From the NCBI GenBank assembly GCA_963699135.1, contig OY969415.1, forward strand, positions 3,833,577 through 3,897,576: DNA of 64,000 nucleotides, in the 5' to 3' direction. Made by a program: the position numbers and the translations under genes. The stretch is from an uncultured Armatimonadetes bacterium (lineage in GTDB: Bacteria; Armatimonadota; Hebobacteria; Hebobacterales; Hebobacteraceae). A model generated the notes under the pieces. The model did no database searches and had not been told where the DNA came from. It was given only the letters and a program-made list of their open reading frames with translations. Shown piece after piece: positions 20,239-29,589 of the stretch. Position 1 is the first letter of the stretch. Each line of letters starts with the position of its first letter.

Positions 20239-21219
20239 ATGTCCATGTCTATGGTGCGCAGGGGTGCGCTGATGGCGCTGGCGGCGGTGGCCGCGGCGGG
20301 GTTGCTGGCCGGGTGCGGCGGGCCGGTGATTGGCGGGACGAAGTATGTCGCCCAGTGGACCGAGTACGCCGGCGCGGGGAAGATCGATCACCCGGAAGGG
20401 CTGTCCGTCGATGGGCAGGGGAACCTGCTGGTGGTGGACACCTGGAACAACCGGGTCCTGCGCGCCGATGGCAGCGGGAAGCTGCTGACCTCCTTTGGGG
20501 AGAGGGGCAGCAAGGCCGGGCAGCTCATGTCGCCCCGCTCGGTGACCACGGACAAGGACGGCAACATCTACGTCGTCGATAACTGGAACCACCGGATCGA
20601 GAAGTTCTCGCAGGACGGGAAGTTCCTGCTGACGATCGGGAAGAAGGGGAGCCCGAAGGGATACAACGAGGCGAAGGGTCAGTTCCTGTATCCCTATGGG
20701 ATCGCGGTGGACTCGAAGGGGTACATTTACGTCTCCGACTTCAACCAGAACCGGATTCACAAGTTCGATTCCGCGGGCAAGTTCGTGATGATGTGGGGCA
20801 CAGAAGGCCGCCAGGACGGGCAGTTCAGCAAGCCCGCGGGATTGGCGATAGACAAGACTGACCGGCTCTACGTAGCCGATCTGGGCAATGATCGGGTGCA
20901 GGCGTTCCGGTCGGATGACACCGGGAAGAAGATGAACTTCGACGGGAAGTGGGGGGAAACGGGCAAGGACCCGGGGCAGTTGGACCGGCCGTATAACGTG
21001 GGCGTGGACGCGCAGGGCGACGTGTATGTGGTGGAGATGGGCAATCACCGACTGCAGAAGTTCACGGCGTCGGGGAAGTTGGTGTTCGTGTCGGGCAAGT
21101 GGGGCGAGGGCGAGAACGACTTGAACTGCCCCATCGCGGTGGCGGTGGGGGCGGACAAGGCGATCTACATCTCGGACCTGGGGAACAATCGCATTCTGAA
21201 GTGGACGCCCGCGTCGTAG
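20239..21219 (+). CDS. NHL-repeat lipoprotein (six-bladed beta-propeller)
   Basis: Signal peptide with lipobox LLAGCGG. Six repeats of the NHL pattern (e.g. GNLLVVDTWNNRVLR, GNIYVVDNWNHRIEKF, GYIYVSDFNQNRIHKF, DRLYVADLGNDRVQAF, GDVYVVEMGNHRLQKF, KAIYISDLGNNRILKW). Shine-Dalgarno GAAGGAGAA. Confidence 0.8.
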   Translation: MSMSMVRRGALMALAAVAAAGLLAGCGGPVIGGTKYVAQWTEYAGAGKIDHPEGLSVDGQGNLLVVDTWNNRVLRADGSGKLLTSFGERGSKAGQLMSPRSVTTDKDGNIYVVDNWNHRIEKFSQDGKFLLTIGKKGSPKGYNEAKGQFLYPYGIAVDSKGYIYVSDFNQNRIHKFDSAGKFVMMWGTEGRQDGQFSKPAGLAIDKTDRLYVADLGNDRVQAFRSDDTGKKMNFDGKWGETGKDPGQLDRPYNVGVDAQGDVYVVEMGNHRLQKFTASGKLVFVSGKWGEGENDLNCPIAVAVGADKAIYISDLGNNRILKWTPAS

Positions 21220-21240
21220 GGGCGATGCAGGGGGGTTGCG

Positions 21241-21522
21241 ATGCTGCCCTCTGAGAGGAGTGAGAAGTGGGTGCGGCGCCTGGCCTGGGCCGCATTCATT
21301 TTTGTGATCCTGTACTTGCTCATCTGGATGATCAAGTTCATCGTACCGGTGTTCGGGAATGTGATGAAGCAGCGGGAGCCGCCGCCGGAGGCGCGGGGGA
21401 CGGGAACGGCGGGGAAGGCTGCGAGGATCGTTGCCCGGCACGATTGTGCCGGGCAGAAGCCCGCTGGGGGACAACTGGCCGTTCGTCCCCCAGACCCCCT
21501 CACCGGCTTCTGGCGTTTCTGA
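21241..21522 (+). CDS. Possible small membrane protein whose 3' end runs into repeat family B
   Basis: MLPSERSEKWVRRLAWAAFIFVILYLLIWMIKFIVPVFGNV... has one TM helix. The last 30 codons are encoded by repeat B, so the C-terminus is doubtful. Confidence 0.3.
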   Translation: MLPSERSEKWVRRLAWAAFIFVILYLLIWMIKFIVPVFGNVMKQREPPPEARGTGTAGKAARIVARHDCAGQKPAGGQLAVRPPDPLTGFWRF

Positions 21523-21634
21523 CGAGGGCATGGGGTGGCAGCGGAGGGGATGGCAGGAGCGATTTCCTGCCGAGCGGAGGAACGGCGAGATTGCCACGGG
21601 GCGGCGACTGCGTCGCTGCCCCTCGCGGTGACAG
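21431..21634. repeat. Repeat family B (about 110 bp, two hairpins) followed by a family-A hairpin, + orientation
   Basis: TTGCCCGGCACGATTGTGCCGGGCAGAAGCCCGCTGGGGGACAACTGGCCGTTCGTCCCCCAGACCCCCTCACCGGCTTCTGGCGT...GGGTGGCAGCG, then GAGATTGCCACGGGGCGGCGAC...CCCCTCGCGGTGACAG. Confidence 0.8.
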
Positions 21635-21689
21635 CGGGGGCGGCGCTGGTGATCGCAGGGGTGTCGCTGATCATGATGCACCAGCGAGT

Positions 21690-22661
21690 CTACGGGGAGG
21701 GCGGTTCCTCGGCGGCGTAGGCTTCGCCGACGGGGGCTTCGATGCGGGAGGCGATCTGGTCCAGCACGGCGGCGGGGTGGCGGCCGGAGAGCCTGGCCTC
21801 GGGGGTGAGGATGAGGCGGTGGGCGAGGGCGGGGAAGAGCAGCGTCTTGACGTGGTCGGGGAGGACGAAGCTGAGGTGGTCGCAGGCGGCCGCGGCCTGG
21901 CCGGCGCGCAGGAGGGCGAGGGAGCCGCGGGGGCTGGCCCCGAGCGCGATGTCGGGATGGCTGCGGGTGGCCTGCACCAGGCGGACGATGTAGTCGCGCA
22001 CGTTGGTATGCACGAAAATGCGGCGCACCTGCTGCTGGGCATCCAGCAGCTCATCGCTCGTTACCACCTGCTGCACTTGCTCGATGGGATGGGAGAGCTG
22101 CAGCTTCTGCAGGATCTCCCTCTCCGACTCGGCTGAGGGGTAGCCGATGGTCATGCGCAGCAGGAAGCGGTCGAGCTGGGCCTCCGGCAGCGGGAAGGTG
22201 CCTTCGTACTCGATCGGGTTCTGGGTGGCGATGACGCAGAAGGGCCGCGCGAGGACGCGGGTGACGCCATCGACGGTCACTTGGCGCTCGGCCATCGCTT
22301 CGAGCAGTGCGGACTGGGTGCGCGGGGGCGCGCGGTTGATCTCATCAGCCAGGACGATGTTAGCCATAATCGGGCCGGGGCTGAACTCGAACTGGCCGGT
22401 CCGCTGGTTGAAGATGGAGAGGCCGGTGATGTCGCTGGGCAGGAGATCGGGGGTGCACTGGATGCGCCGGAAGGTGGCGCCGATGGAGGCGGCGAGGGCG
22501 CGGGCGAGCATGGTCTTGGCGACACCGGGCACGTCCTCGATGAGGATGTGCCCATCGGCGAGGAGGCCGACGACGACGAGGCGGACGGCATCGGGCTTGC
22601 CGACGACCACTTTCTCGATGTTGCCGATCAAGCGCCTGGCGAGGAGGCCGGGAGTCGCCAT
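21690..22661 (-). CDS. MoxR-family AAA+ ATPase
   Basis: GHILIEDVPGVAKTMLARALA (Walker A), VLADEINRAPPRTQSALLEAMAERQVTV (Walker B / sensor) and VIATQNPIEYEGTFPLPEAQLDRF. Confidence 0.9.
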   Translation of the reverse strand: MATPGLLARRLIGNIEKVVVGKPDAVRLVVVGLLADGHILIEDVPGVAKTMLARALAASIGATFRRIQCTPDLLPSDITGLSIFNQRTGQFEFSPGPIMANIVLADEINRAPPRTQSALLEAMAERQVTVDGVTRVLARPFCVIATQNPIEYEGTFPLPEAQLDRFLLRMTIGYPSAESEREILQKLQLSHPIEQVQQVVTSDELLDAQQQVRRIFVHTNVRDYIVRLVQATRSHPDIALGASPRGSLALLRAGQAAAACDHLSFVLPDHVKTLLFPALAHRLILTPEARLSGRHPAAVLDQIASRIEAPVGEAYAAEEPPSP

Positions 22662-22780
22662 CTAGCGGCGGTCCTTCCGCGCGGATAGGGTGGTGCTCGA
22701 CGGAGGGCTTCTTCGATGTGGGGAGGGGGGAATCCTGCGGGGCGCGGGGGGGCAACGGCCGGGAGAACTGCGGGAACCAT

Positions 22781-22950
22781 TGCCCGGCACAATTGTGCCG
22801 GGCAGAAGCTCGCTGGGGGACGACTGGCCGTTCGTCCCCCAGACCCCCGCACCGGCTTCTGGCGTTGCTGACGAGAGCACGCAGTGGTAGCGAGGGAAAC
22901 GGCAACGCCGAGATTGCCACGGGGCGGCGACGGCCGCCCCTCGCAGTGAC
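22781..22950. repeat. Repeat family B + family A hairpin, + orientation
   Basis: Same modules as at 21431, 95% identical over the B core. Confidence 0.8.
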
Positions 22951-23025
22951 AGGTTTGGGCGGCGACAGGAATGTGGGGGCGGCGGCGTAATATCAGAGCC
23001 AGATGCTGGGAGGAGGAGAGTGGGA

Positions 23026-23531
23026 TGGAACTGATGGAGGTGGTGCGGCAGCGGCGCAGCGTGCGTAAGTACCGGCCGGATCCGGTGCCGCAGGCGAAGC
23101 TGGACCTGGTGCTGGAGGCGGCGCGGTTGGCGCCGTCGTGGGCGAATGGGCAGTGTTGGACGTTTATCGTGGTGACCGATCCGAAGGTGAAGCAGGAGTT
23201 GGCGAAGGCGGGGAATGAGTGGATCGAGCAGGCTCCTGCCATTATCACTGCCTGCGCGGACCCGAAGGCGAGCGGCACGAAGGGGGATCAGGGCTACTAT
23301 CTGCTGGATATCGGCATCGCGATGGAGCACCTGGTGCTGGCGGCGGCCGAGCAGGGGCTGGGCACGTGCTGGATCGGCTGGTTCGATGAGGCGAAGGCGA
23401 AGAAGGCGCTGGGGGTGCCCGACGGGATCAGGGTGGTGGCGACGACGCCGCTGGGATATCCGGACGAGGAGCCGGAGGCGCGGTCTCGCAAGCCGCTGGA
23501 GGAGATCGTGCGGAAGGATCGGTGGGGGTAG
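23026..23531 (+). CDS. Nitroreductase family protein
   Basis: MELMEVVRQRRSVRKY...LEAARLAPSWANGQCW...GTCWIGWFDE, the classic NADH/nitroreductase fold motifs. Shine-Dalgarno GAGGAGGAGAG. Confidence 0.85.
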
Positions 23532-23534
23532 GGA

Positions 23535-23885
23535 GGCGGCATTCACCGCAGAGACGCAGATGACGCAGAGAGCGGAAAGGCGTGATCCCTCGCTTCGCTC
23601 AGGATGACAACAGGGAGGGAGTGGCAGGACCGAGGTCCTGCCGAACGGGAGGAAGGGGAGAGGCACGCCGGGGACGGACGCGAGGAACGAGCACCGAGAT
23701 TGCCACGGGGCGGCGACTCTGTCGCTGCCCATCGCAATGACAGATAGCAGTGAGTGGCAGGAGCACGGGATGAATCCCGTCCCTGCGGGGGCATCGGCGA
23801 CAGGCTACCGAAGGAACCAACACCGAGATTGCCACGCGCGCCTCGGCTCCGGTCGGAGCCGAGGCGGCTCGCAATGACAGAGCGA
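23535..23885. repeat. Composite mosaic repeat array (modules C, TGATCC/CAGGATGACA, F, A, A-variant)
   Basis: Non-coding. Contains CGCAGAGACGCAGATGACGCAGAG, GGCAGGACCGAGGTCCTGCC, GAGATTGCCACGGGGCGGCGAC...GCAATGACAG, and a long-stem variant GCCTCGGCTCCGGTCGGAGCCGAGGC. Confidence 0.75.
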
Positions 23886-24187
23886 GTGAGAGGTTGGGGG
23901 GTGGGGGAGCGGAAAGCGGGATTATTGGGGTTTATGGCGCGGGTCTGAGGGGGTATGTGGCAAGTAAGGCCTGCCGATTCGGTCTGTGATCGAACTGGGC
24001 TTCTCATCTTTGCGGATTGCCGAGGATCGCTTCGCGTTCCGGTGCGGACCGGGTTGGGAGAATGCGTCGGTCTCCCATGCACGCGGGGCGATGCTCGCGC
24101 GGCGCGATGGCGCGACAGCCCGCAGCCTCAGTACGGTCCCGCGGCATGGGTCCAACTTCAGCCGAGTGTGGCAAGATTCTGCAGACC

Positions 24188-25246
24188 ATGACCATTAGTG
24201 GCCAGAACTGTAGGAACTGCGGTCATGAGTTGGCGGAAGGCACTGCGTTTTGTTCGCGGTGTGGTCGCCACGTGGTGGGCGCAGAGGGGCTGGTCTCGAG
24301 CAACGGGGAAACCTACCTGGCGCTGATGACGGCGAATGTGATGCGCCTCCGGCGGCAGTGGGAAATGGCCGAGGCGAAGTGCAGCGAGGTGCTGCAGAGA
24401 GACCCGCAGAATGCGGCGGCCTGCTCGGTGATGGGCGACATCACCCGCGACCAGGGGAAGCTGAGAGACGCGATCGAGTGGTACAAGATGGCGCTCGATC
24501 ACAACCCCGGCAGCTCGAGCGACCGCAAGAAGCTGGAATCGCTGATCGATGAAGTGTTCGCCCCGGGCCGGGAAGGCGCGGTGCAGAGGGCGGTGGATGC
24601 GGTTTCGCACGGGGTGTCGGATGCCCTGGCGGAAGTGCGCATCGCGCGTCCTCCGAAGCCGCTGGCGCTGGTGGTGGGCACGGTGCTGCTGGTCATTCTC
24701 CTCATCGCCCTCTCCACGGTCTTGATGGGACGCAAGGTGGGGACGCCGCAGTCTTCGGAAGACCGCCCCGCATCGCTGATCCCCCCCAGGGCGACATCGC
24801 CGGGGCCGAAGGATCGGAGCCCGGGCGGCGCGGTGGCGAAACCGCGGGAGGCAGCGCCAGATCTGCTGGCGCGGGAGGTGGAGCTGAAGCAGCGGCTGGA
24901 GAAGGACGCCCGCCAGACAGATCCGAACTGCGAGGTGCTGCAGGTGGAGATCGACCCGCGCGACGCCAGCGTGGATATGCACATAACCATGCTGCGCCTG
25001 TGGTCGGCGCCGGCGATGAGGAAGTCGATTCTGGGTGAGATGTCGACGTTGGCGAGCAGCGCGGCCGAATGGGACAGCCGGGTGTCGAAGGTGAGGCAGA
25101 GATACGCGCTGAGAGGGCCCGGGGGCGCGGAGGAAGTGGTGGCGCTGGCGGAGGGAAACCGGGAGCAGGTGGCCAGGCTGCGGGACGTGGGCGAGGACAC
25201 CGAGAAGGTGCTGCAAGTCTGGTGGGCGCCGGAGCTGAGGGAGTGA
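24188..25246 (+). CDS. Zinc-ribbon + TPR + single-TM protein (hypothetical)
   Basis: CRNCGHELAEGTAFCSRCG (zinc ribbon), a TPR-like segment (EWYKMALDHNPG), and TM helix LALVVGTVLLVILLIALSTVLM. The start is uncertain; an alternative lies upstream at about 24149. Confidence 0.55.
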   Translation: MTISGQNCRNCGHELAEGTAFCSRCGRHVVGAEGLVSSNGETYLALMTANVMRLRRQWEMAEAKCSEVLQRDPQNAAACSVMGDITRDQGKLRDAIEWYKMALDHNPGSSSDRKKLESLIDEVFAPGREGAVQRAVDAVSHGVSDALAEVRIARPPKPLALVVGTVLLVILLIALSTVLMGRKVGTPQSSEDRPASLIPPRATSPGPKDRSPGGAVAKPREAAPDLLAREVELKQRLEKDARQTDPNCEVLQVEIDPRDASVDMHITMLRLWSAPAMRKSILGEMSTLASSAAEWDSRVSKVRQRYALRGPGGAEEVVALAEGNREQVARLRDVGEDTEKVLQVWWAPELRE

Positions 25247-25276
25247 AGCGGGTGGGGGCCGCTTCGGAGACGACTC

Positions 25277-25720
25277 ATGGGTGATATTCCCGTCCGGGTC
25301 TCGTGGGTGGGGCGCAGCTCGGAGTCGTCTTACCTGCTCGTTCTGCGCGATGGCGCCGGCACCGCGCTTCCGATGACCATCGGCCCGTGCGAGGCGATCG
25401 CGATCTGGAGCGCGCTGCGACACGACGAGGAGCAGGGGATCCCTGAGGGGCCAGGCACCGACGATCTGCTCTGCGCACTCCTCGGGCAGCTGGGCTGCCG
25501 GCTGACGAAAGTGGTGATCGATGACCTCTGGAACGAGGTCTATTACGCGAAGCTGCACGTGGCGGTCGATGGGGAGGCGATGACGATCGATGCCAGGCCC
25601 AGCGACAGCGTGGCGATGGCGTTGAGGGCGGAGGCGCCGCTATTTGTGGCGTCGTCAGTGATGGAGGCGGCGGGGACGACGGAGGAGCAGGAGGAGGGGG
25701 GGTCGCTGGAGGCGGAGTGA
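25277..25720 (+). CDS. Bifunctional nuclease family protein (DUF151/BFN domain)
   Basis: 147 aa. VRVSWVGRSSESSYLLVLRDGAGTALPMTIGPCEAIAIWSAL matches the DUF151 pattern (nuclease domain followed by an acidic tail). Confidence 0.7.
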   Translation: MGDIPVRVSWVGRSSESSYLLVLRDGAGTALPMTIGPCEAIAIWSALRHDEEQGIPEGPGTDDLLCALLGQLGCRLTKVVIDDLWNEVYYAKLHVAVDGEAMTIDARPSDSVAMALRAEAPLFVASSVMEAAGTTEEQEEGGSLEAE

Positions 25721-25729
25721 GGGGGGGGA

Positions 25730-25996
25730 CGGCAACGGCTTCCGCGGTAGAGGCGCAGAGGGCGCAGAGGAACGGCGGTACGACTGGCACCTATTGCCCG
25801 GCACGATTGTGCCGGGCAGAAGCCCGCTGGGGGACGACTGGCCGTTCGTCCCCCAGACCCCCTCACCGGCTTTGGGCGTCCTGACGAGAGCATGAGGTGG
25901 CAGCGAGGGAGTGGCCAGCGGCTTGCGGCAGGGCCTGCCAGATGGCGGAACACCGAGATTGCCACGGGGCGGCAACGGCCGCCCCTCGCAATGACA
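25730..25996. repeat. Composite repeat (module C, family B, family A), + orientation
   Basis: GAGGCGCAGAGGGCGCAGAGG, then TTGCCCGGCACGATTGTGCCGGGCAG..., then GAGATTGCCACGGGGCGGCAACGGCCGCCCCTCGCAATGACAG. Confidence 0.8.
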
Positions 25997-26105
25997 GCTG
26001 GGGCTCTGACTTTGGTGTCGTAATGGCCTGTGGGGGCGCGACTTCCGCTACTGGCTGGTGTCAAATCGCTCGGAAGTTGAGCGTTAGACGCCCGCGAGGG
26101 TAGCA

Positions 26106-27233
26106 ATGAGTCGGCGGCACCTTACTGAGATCGAGCTTGTCGAGTATGCAGATGGCGAGATGGTCCCCGCTAGGATGGATCGGGCGGAGGAGCATCTGCG
26201 CCAGTGTGACGCCTGTGCGGCGGCTTTGGCGACGTCTCGCCGGACGGTGGCCGCAGTCAAGCGGCTGAGCCTTCAGCCCACGCCGGTCGATCTGCGTTCC
26301 CGCGTTCGCGCCAAGCTGGCGGTGGAGCTGGAAGCGGCTCTGAGTTGCCGGCAGGCGGCGCCACTTCTTCACGAACACATCGACCGCTGTATCTCCCCGA
26401 TCTTGGGCCTGCGCTTGCAGCGTCACCTGGAATCCTGCTCGGCTTGCCGGCAGGAACTGGCGCGACTCGAAGCCGCAACTCACCTGGTCCGCACGCTAAC
26501 CCCGGTGGTCGCTCCCGCGCAGGTGCGCGAGCGGGTGGCCGCGGCGGCGGGCGGGCGGGTGCGTCGGAGCGGATGGGAGCTGCGGCTGCGACCGGCGCTG
26601 GCGATCGCCGGAACCGCGGCGGTGGCAACGCTGGCGCTGTTGATGCGACCCGCGCTGCAGCCGAGCACAGAACCGTCTGCGCCGATGATGGCGGCCCTGC
26701 CACATGGTCCGGCCGCGCTGGTTGAGCGGGCGACGGTGACTCCGCCTCCAGTGGCGGTAGCCCAGGCAGAGGTCAGCACGGAGGCGCCGGCGGAGATGGT
26801 GACCGCTTCCGCTTCGGTGGAGCCGGCTCCGACCAGGCGGGTGAGGTCGGCGCTCGCGAATCGGGGCAGCTCACCAAGGGCGGTCCCGGCTGTGGTGCGG
26901 CAGCGGCCGAACCAGACGGTACCGATGGTGGTCGCTGTCTCCACTACCCCGACGCCAGCGGCGATGCAGGCGTTGAGGACGGTGGCGACGAGCGTCGAGT
27001 ATGACAAGGACGCGCGACGGGCGATGGACGAGGCGGCGGCGAGCTACGCAGTGTTGCATTCGGAAGACACACTGAATCAGGTGCCGGAGCTAGGGATTCC
27101 GACGGCGAGCGAGAAGGCCCCGGAACGGCCGAGCGCGGGGACGCCCGCGACGATCCCGGCAGGGGCGAAGTCCGGCCACAACGCGGCGTCCGGGCCTGAC
27201 GAGGGCGATCTCCTATCCGGCCCGCTGGTGTAG
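26106..27233 (+). CDS. Putative anti-sigma factor with two tandem zf-HC2 (ZAS-like) motifs, a TM helix and a Pro/Ala-rich extracytoplasmic domain
   Basis: HLRQCDACAAAL and HLESCSACRQEL (H-x3-C-x2-C twice), then TM LAIAGTAAVATLALLM, then a low-complexity periplasmic tail. No sigma-factor gene is adjacent. Confidence 0.55.
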   Translation: MSRRHLTEIELVEYADGEMVPARMDRAEEHLRQCDACAAALATSRRTVAAVKRLSLQPTPVDLRSRVRAKLAVELEAALSCRQAAPLLHEHIDRCISPILGLRLQRHLESCSACRQELARLEAATHLVRTLTPVVAPAQVRERVAAAAGGRVRRSGWELRLRPALAIAGTAAVATLALLMRPALQPSTEPSAPMMAALPHGPAALVERATVTPPPVAVAQAEVSTEAPAEMVTASASVEPAPTRRVRSALANRGSSPRAVPAVVRQRPNQTVPMVVAVSTTPTPAAMQALRTVATSVEYDKDARRAMDEAAASYAVLHSEDTLNQVPELGIPTASEKAPERPSAGTPATIPAGAKSGHNAASGPDEGDLLSGPLV

Positions 27234-27277
27234 GCGGGCTGTTTCTGCGGAATAACCGCCTGAAGGGCGGGGGTGCG

Positions 27278-27520
27278 GTGAATCTGTTCGGTCGGACAAC
27301 TCCTGCAGGTTCGTGGACGGTGCGCTTGGCGGCGCCGGTACTGGCCGCGTGCCTGCTGGCGGCCGCGATGGGCACGGCCTGCGCGCTGAGCGGCTCCACG
27401 GTCGACAGCGTTTCGCCTCTCACCCTCAGCTACCAGCCACCCAACCCTCTGAGCCGCGCTTCCACTTCGGGCGGCCAGAGGGGCCGCTGCAACTGGCGCT
27501 TGGGGGGACGGGGGGCATGA
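27278..27520 (+). CDS. Possible small secreted protein (80 aa), stop overlapping the next start (ATGA)
   Basis: Signal-peptide-like N-terminus MNLFGRTTPAGSWTVRLAAPVLAACLLAAAMGTACA. Alternatively it is the frameshifted leader of the downstream gene. Confidence 0.3.
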   Translation: MNLFGRTTPAGSWTVRLAAPVLAACLLAAAMGTACALSGSTVDSVSPLTLSYQPPNPLSRASTSGGQRGRCNWRLGGRGA

Positions 27521-29520
27521 GGCTGGAGGCGCTCGCCTTCATCGGTGGGAAGGCGACGCGGCTGGCGGATACGTCGCCGTCGCTCGCGCTAGCCGGGCCG
27601 TCGGCTATCGGCAGCCGGAGCGTGGGCGCGATGGGGCCTCTGGGGTCATCGAGCGCGGCGTCTGATGAAGCGACTTACTATCGGCTCGGGCTGACCCGGG
27701 GCGCGATGCAGTTCCAGGCGAGGCTGATGGATGTCGGGGCGCGGTTCGCGCCGTCGGCGCAGGCCCTGGAGCAGATCGACCCGGCCGATGCGAAGGCGCT
27801 GAAGGAAGCGGCCGGAACGCAAAACCTGGATGTGAGCATCGGATGGAAGCTGTCGCGCGGGGCCTCGCTAACCTCCCAGCTCACTAGCTTGCGCAACGAT
27901 CGGCCGGGGGATGGGAACCGGGGCCGCACGGTCTCTGACATGAACCACGCGCTGGCGCTGGCGCTTGGACCTAGGAGCGCGTTCCAGGCGACGATGAGCG
28001 AGCACGACGAGAAGTGGGACCCAACGCTGGGCAAGATGAATCTGCAGCGGAGCACGGGCGGGATGGAGTTCCGTACGCAGTTTGGCGCGAACAGCGGCAA
28101 CACGATGCGGATGGCGATGACGAACACGCGAACGAAAGAGGGCGGCAGCGAGAAGACGGAGTCGGTGCGGGAGATGCACCTGAACCTGGCGCCGATGAGC
28201 CGACTGCAGCTTGCCGCGGATTCGGTCGCGAAGAGTTCGGGCCGAGGTCAAGGCCAGAAGACGGATAGCGTGGCTGCGACCATGAAGCTGGCGCCGAGCG
28301 CGCAGTTCGCGGCGATCCTGAAGTCGCTGACGGCCGAGAGCGGAAGCTGGAGCCGGGAGTCGGAGATGAAGTTCGACTCGACGCTGGGGCACGGAACGAG
28401 CACGGCGCAGTTGACGGCGCAGCAGAAGACGGTGCGGGCGGCCGATCCGAGCGGATCGCGGCAGACGGGCAATGTCGGTGTGGATGGCGGCATCGGGTCG
28501 GGCTTGGGGCGGACGAACCTGCGCATGGCGATGGCGACGGAACGGTCGCTGGGGCCGGCCCAGGCGACGAGTCGGAACACGACGACGCATGTCGACCGGG
28601 CGCTGGGGCCGCGGCTGAGGCTGTCGGCGGACCGGGAGGCGCGGCTGGCGACGGGCTCACAGCGGACGACGAGCGTGAAGTCATCCTACCAGGCGGTGGC
28701 CGACCTGGGCCCGCGCACGAAGCTGACGACTCAGCTCAATACGCAGCGGACGAGCCAGAGCGAGCGGCAGATGATGCGGGATATGGTCTTCGAGCACCAG
28801 GCTCGAGCATTCCGGCTGCGCTCGCAGCAGCAGATGTGGCGCGAGGGCGCGGTGAAGCGGGCCGCCTCACAGTACGCGGTGGACCTGCCCAGCGGGCAGG
28901 TGCCGGAGTGGGCGAAGGACATCACCCGCGGGCACCAGTTCGCGGACGCGCATGACTATATGGCGCCGAAAGATCCGGCCTGGTTGGACATGCCGTTCTC
29001 GGGATTCCGGGTGTGGACGAAGCGCTACCGGGGCGGGAACGACGATCACGTGAAGAGCGTGGGCCTGGCGCATCGGACGATGATCTCGGATCGCTGTCAC
29101 CTGCAGGTGGCGATGCAGAAGCGGCCGGAGGGGGAGGATGGCGAGCTGAAGGGGCGGCCGCTACCCGTGGCGCGCAAGGTGGTGGAGGTGGGCACGCTGG
29201 TGACGGGCCGGCTGGTGGCGCACACGCGGTACACGGATGATGAGAGCACGTCGGGGCCGTTCGTGCGGCGGCACGATATCGGGTTTGGGCTGAGGGGTCT
29301 GCTCTCGGATCAGGAGCAGTTGGAGGCGGTGGTCTCGCGGGAGATCAGCAACGGTCTGGACAAGGCGAGCGGGCGCACCAGCGTAACGCTGATGTATGCG
29401 CTGAAGGCGAGCGACGAGCAGCAGGTGAGCTTCAAGGGGGGCTATGCCTGGCCGACGACGGGGGCGCAGGCGCCGCGGCCGGAGTATCGCTGGAGCCTGG
29501 GGTATAGTAAGCCGATCTGA
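27517..29520 (+). CDS. Large Ser/Thr/Gln-rich hypothetical protein (667 aa), possibly a beta-barrel or porin-like outer-membrane protein
   Basis: Long ORF with alternating polar/hydrophobic short strands and no strongly hydrophobic helices. There is no signal peptide in this frame, which raises the possibility of a frameshift against 27278..27520. Confidence 0.5.
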   Translation: MRLEALAFIGGKATRLADTSPSLALAGPSAIGSRSVGAMGPLGSSSAASDEATYYRLGLTRGAMQFQARLMDVGARFAPSAQALEQIDPADAKALKEAAGTQNLDVSIGWKLSRGASLTSQLTSLRNDRPGDGNRGRTVSDMNHALALALGPRSAFQATMSEHDEKWDPTLGKMNLQRSTGGMEFRTQFGANSGNTMRMAMTNTRTKEGGSEKTESVREMHLNLAPMSRLQLAADSVAKSSGRGQGQKTDSVAATMKLAPSAQFAAILKSLTAESGSWSRESEMKFDSTLGHGTSTAQLTAQQKTVRAADPSGSRQTGNVGVDGGIGSGLGRTNLRMAMATERSLGPAQATSRNTTTHVDRALGPRLRLSADREARLATGSQRTTSVKSSYQAVADLGPRTKLTTQLNTQRTSQSERQMMRDMVFEHQARAFRLRSQQQMWREGAVKRAASQYAVDLPSGQVPEWAKDITRGHQFADAHDYMAPKDPAWLDMPFSGFRVWTKRYRGGNDDHVKSVGLAHRTMISDRCHLQVAMQKRPEGEDGELKGRPLPVARKVVEVGTLVTGRLVAHTRYTDDESTSGPFVRRHDIGFGLRGLLSDQEQLEAVVSREISNGLDKASGRTSVTLMYALKASDEQQVSFKGGYAWPTTGAQAPRPEYRWSLGYSKPI

Positions 29521-29589
29521 GGGGATAGGTCGTAGAGGGTGCTGATCGCGGCAGATAGGCATCGCCGTCGAGCTTAGGAGGGAGCGACG

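Noticed and set aside
20038-21681. 547-aa minus-strand ORF
   Set aside because: Antisense to the NHL-repeat lipoprotein gene, with low-complexity Pro/Arg/His composition.
24158-25558. 466-aa minus-strand ORF
   Set aside because: Antisense to the Zn-ribbon/TPR and DUF151 genes. No motifs, Arg/Pro-rich.
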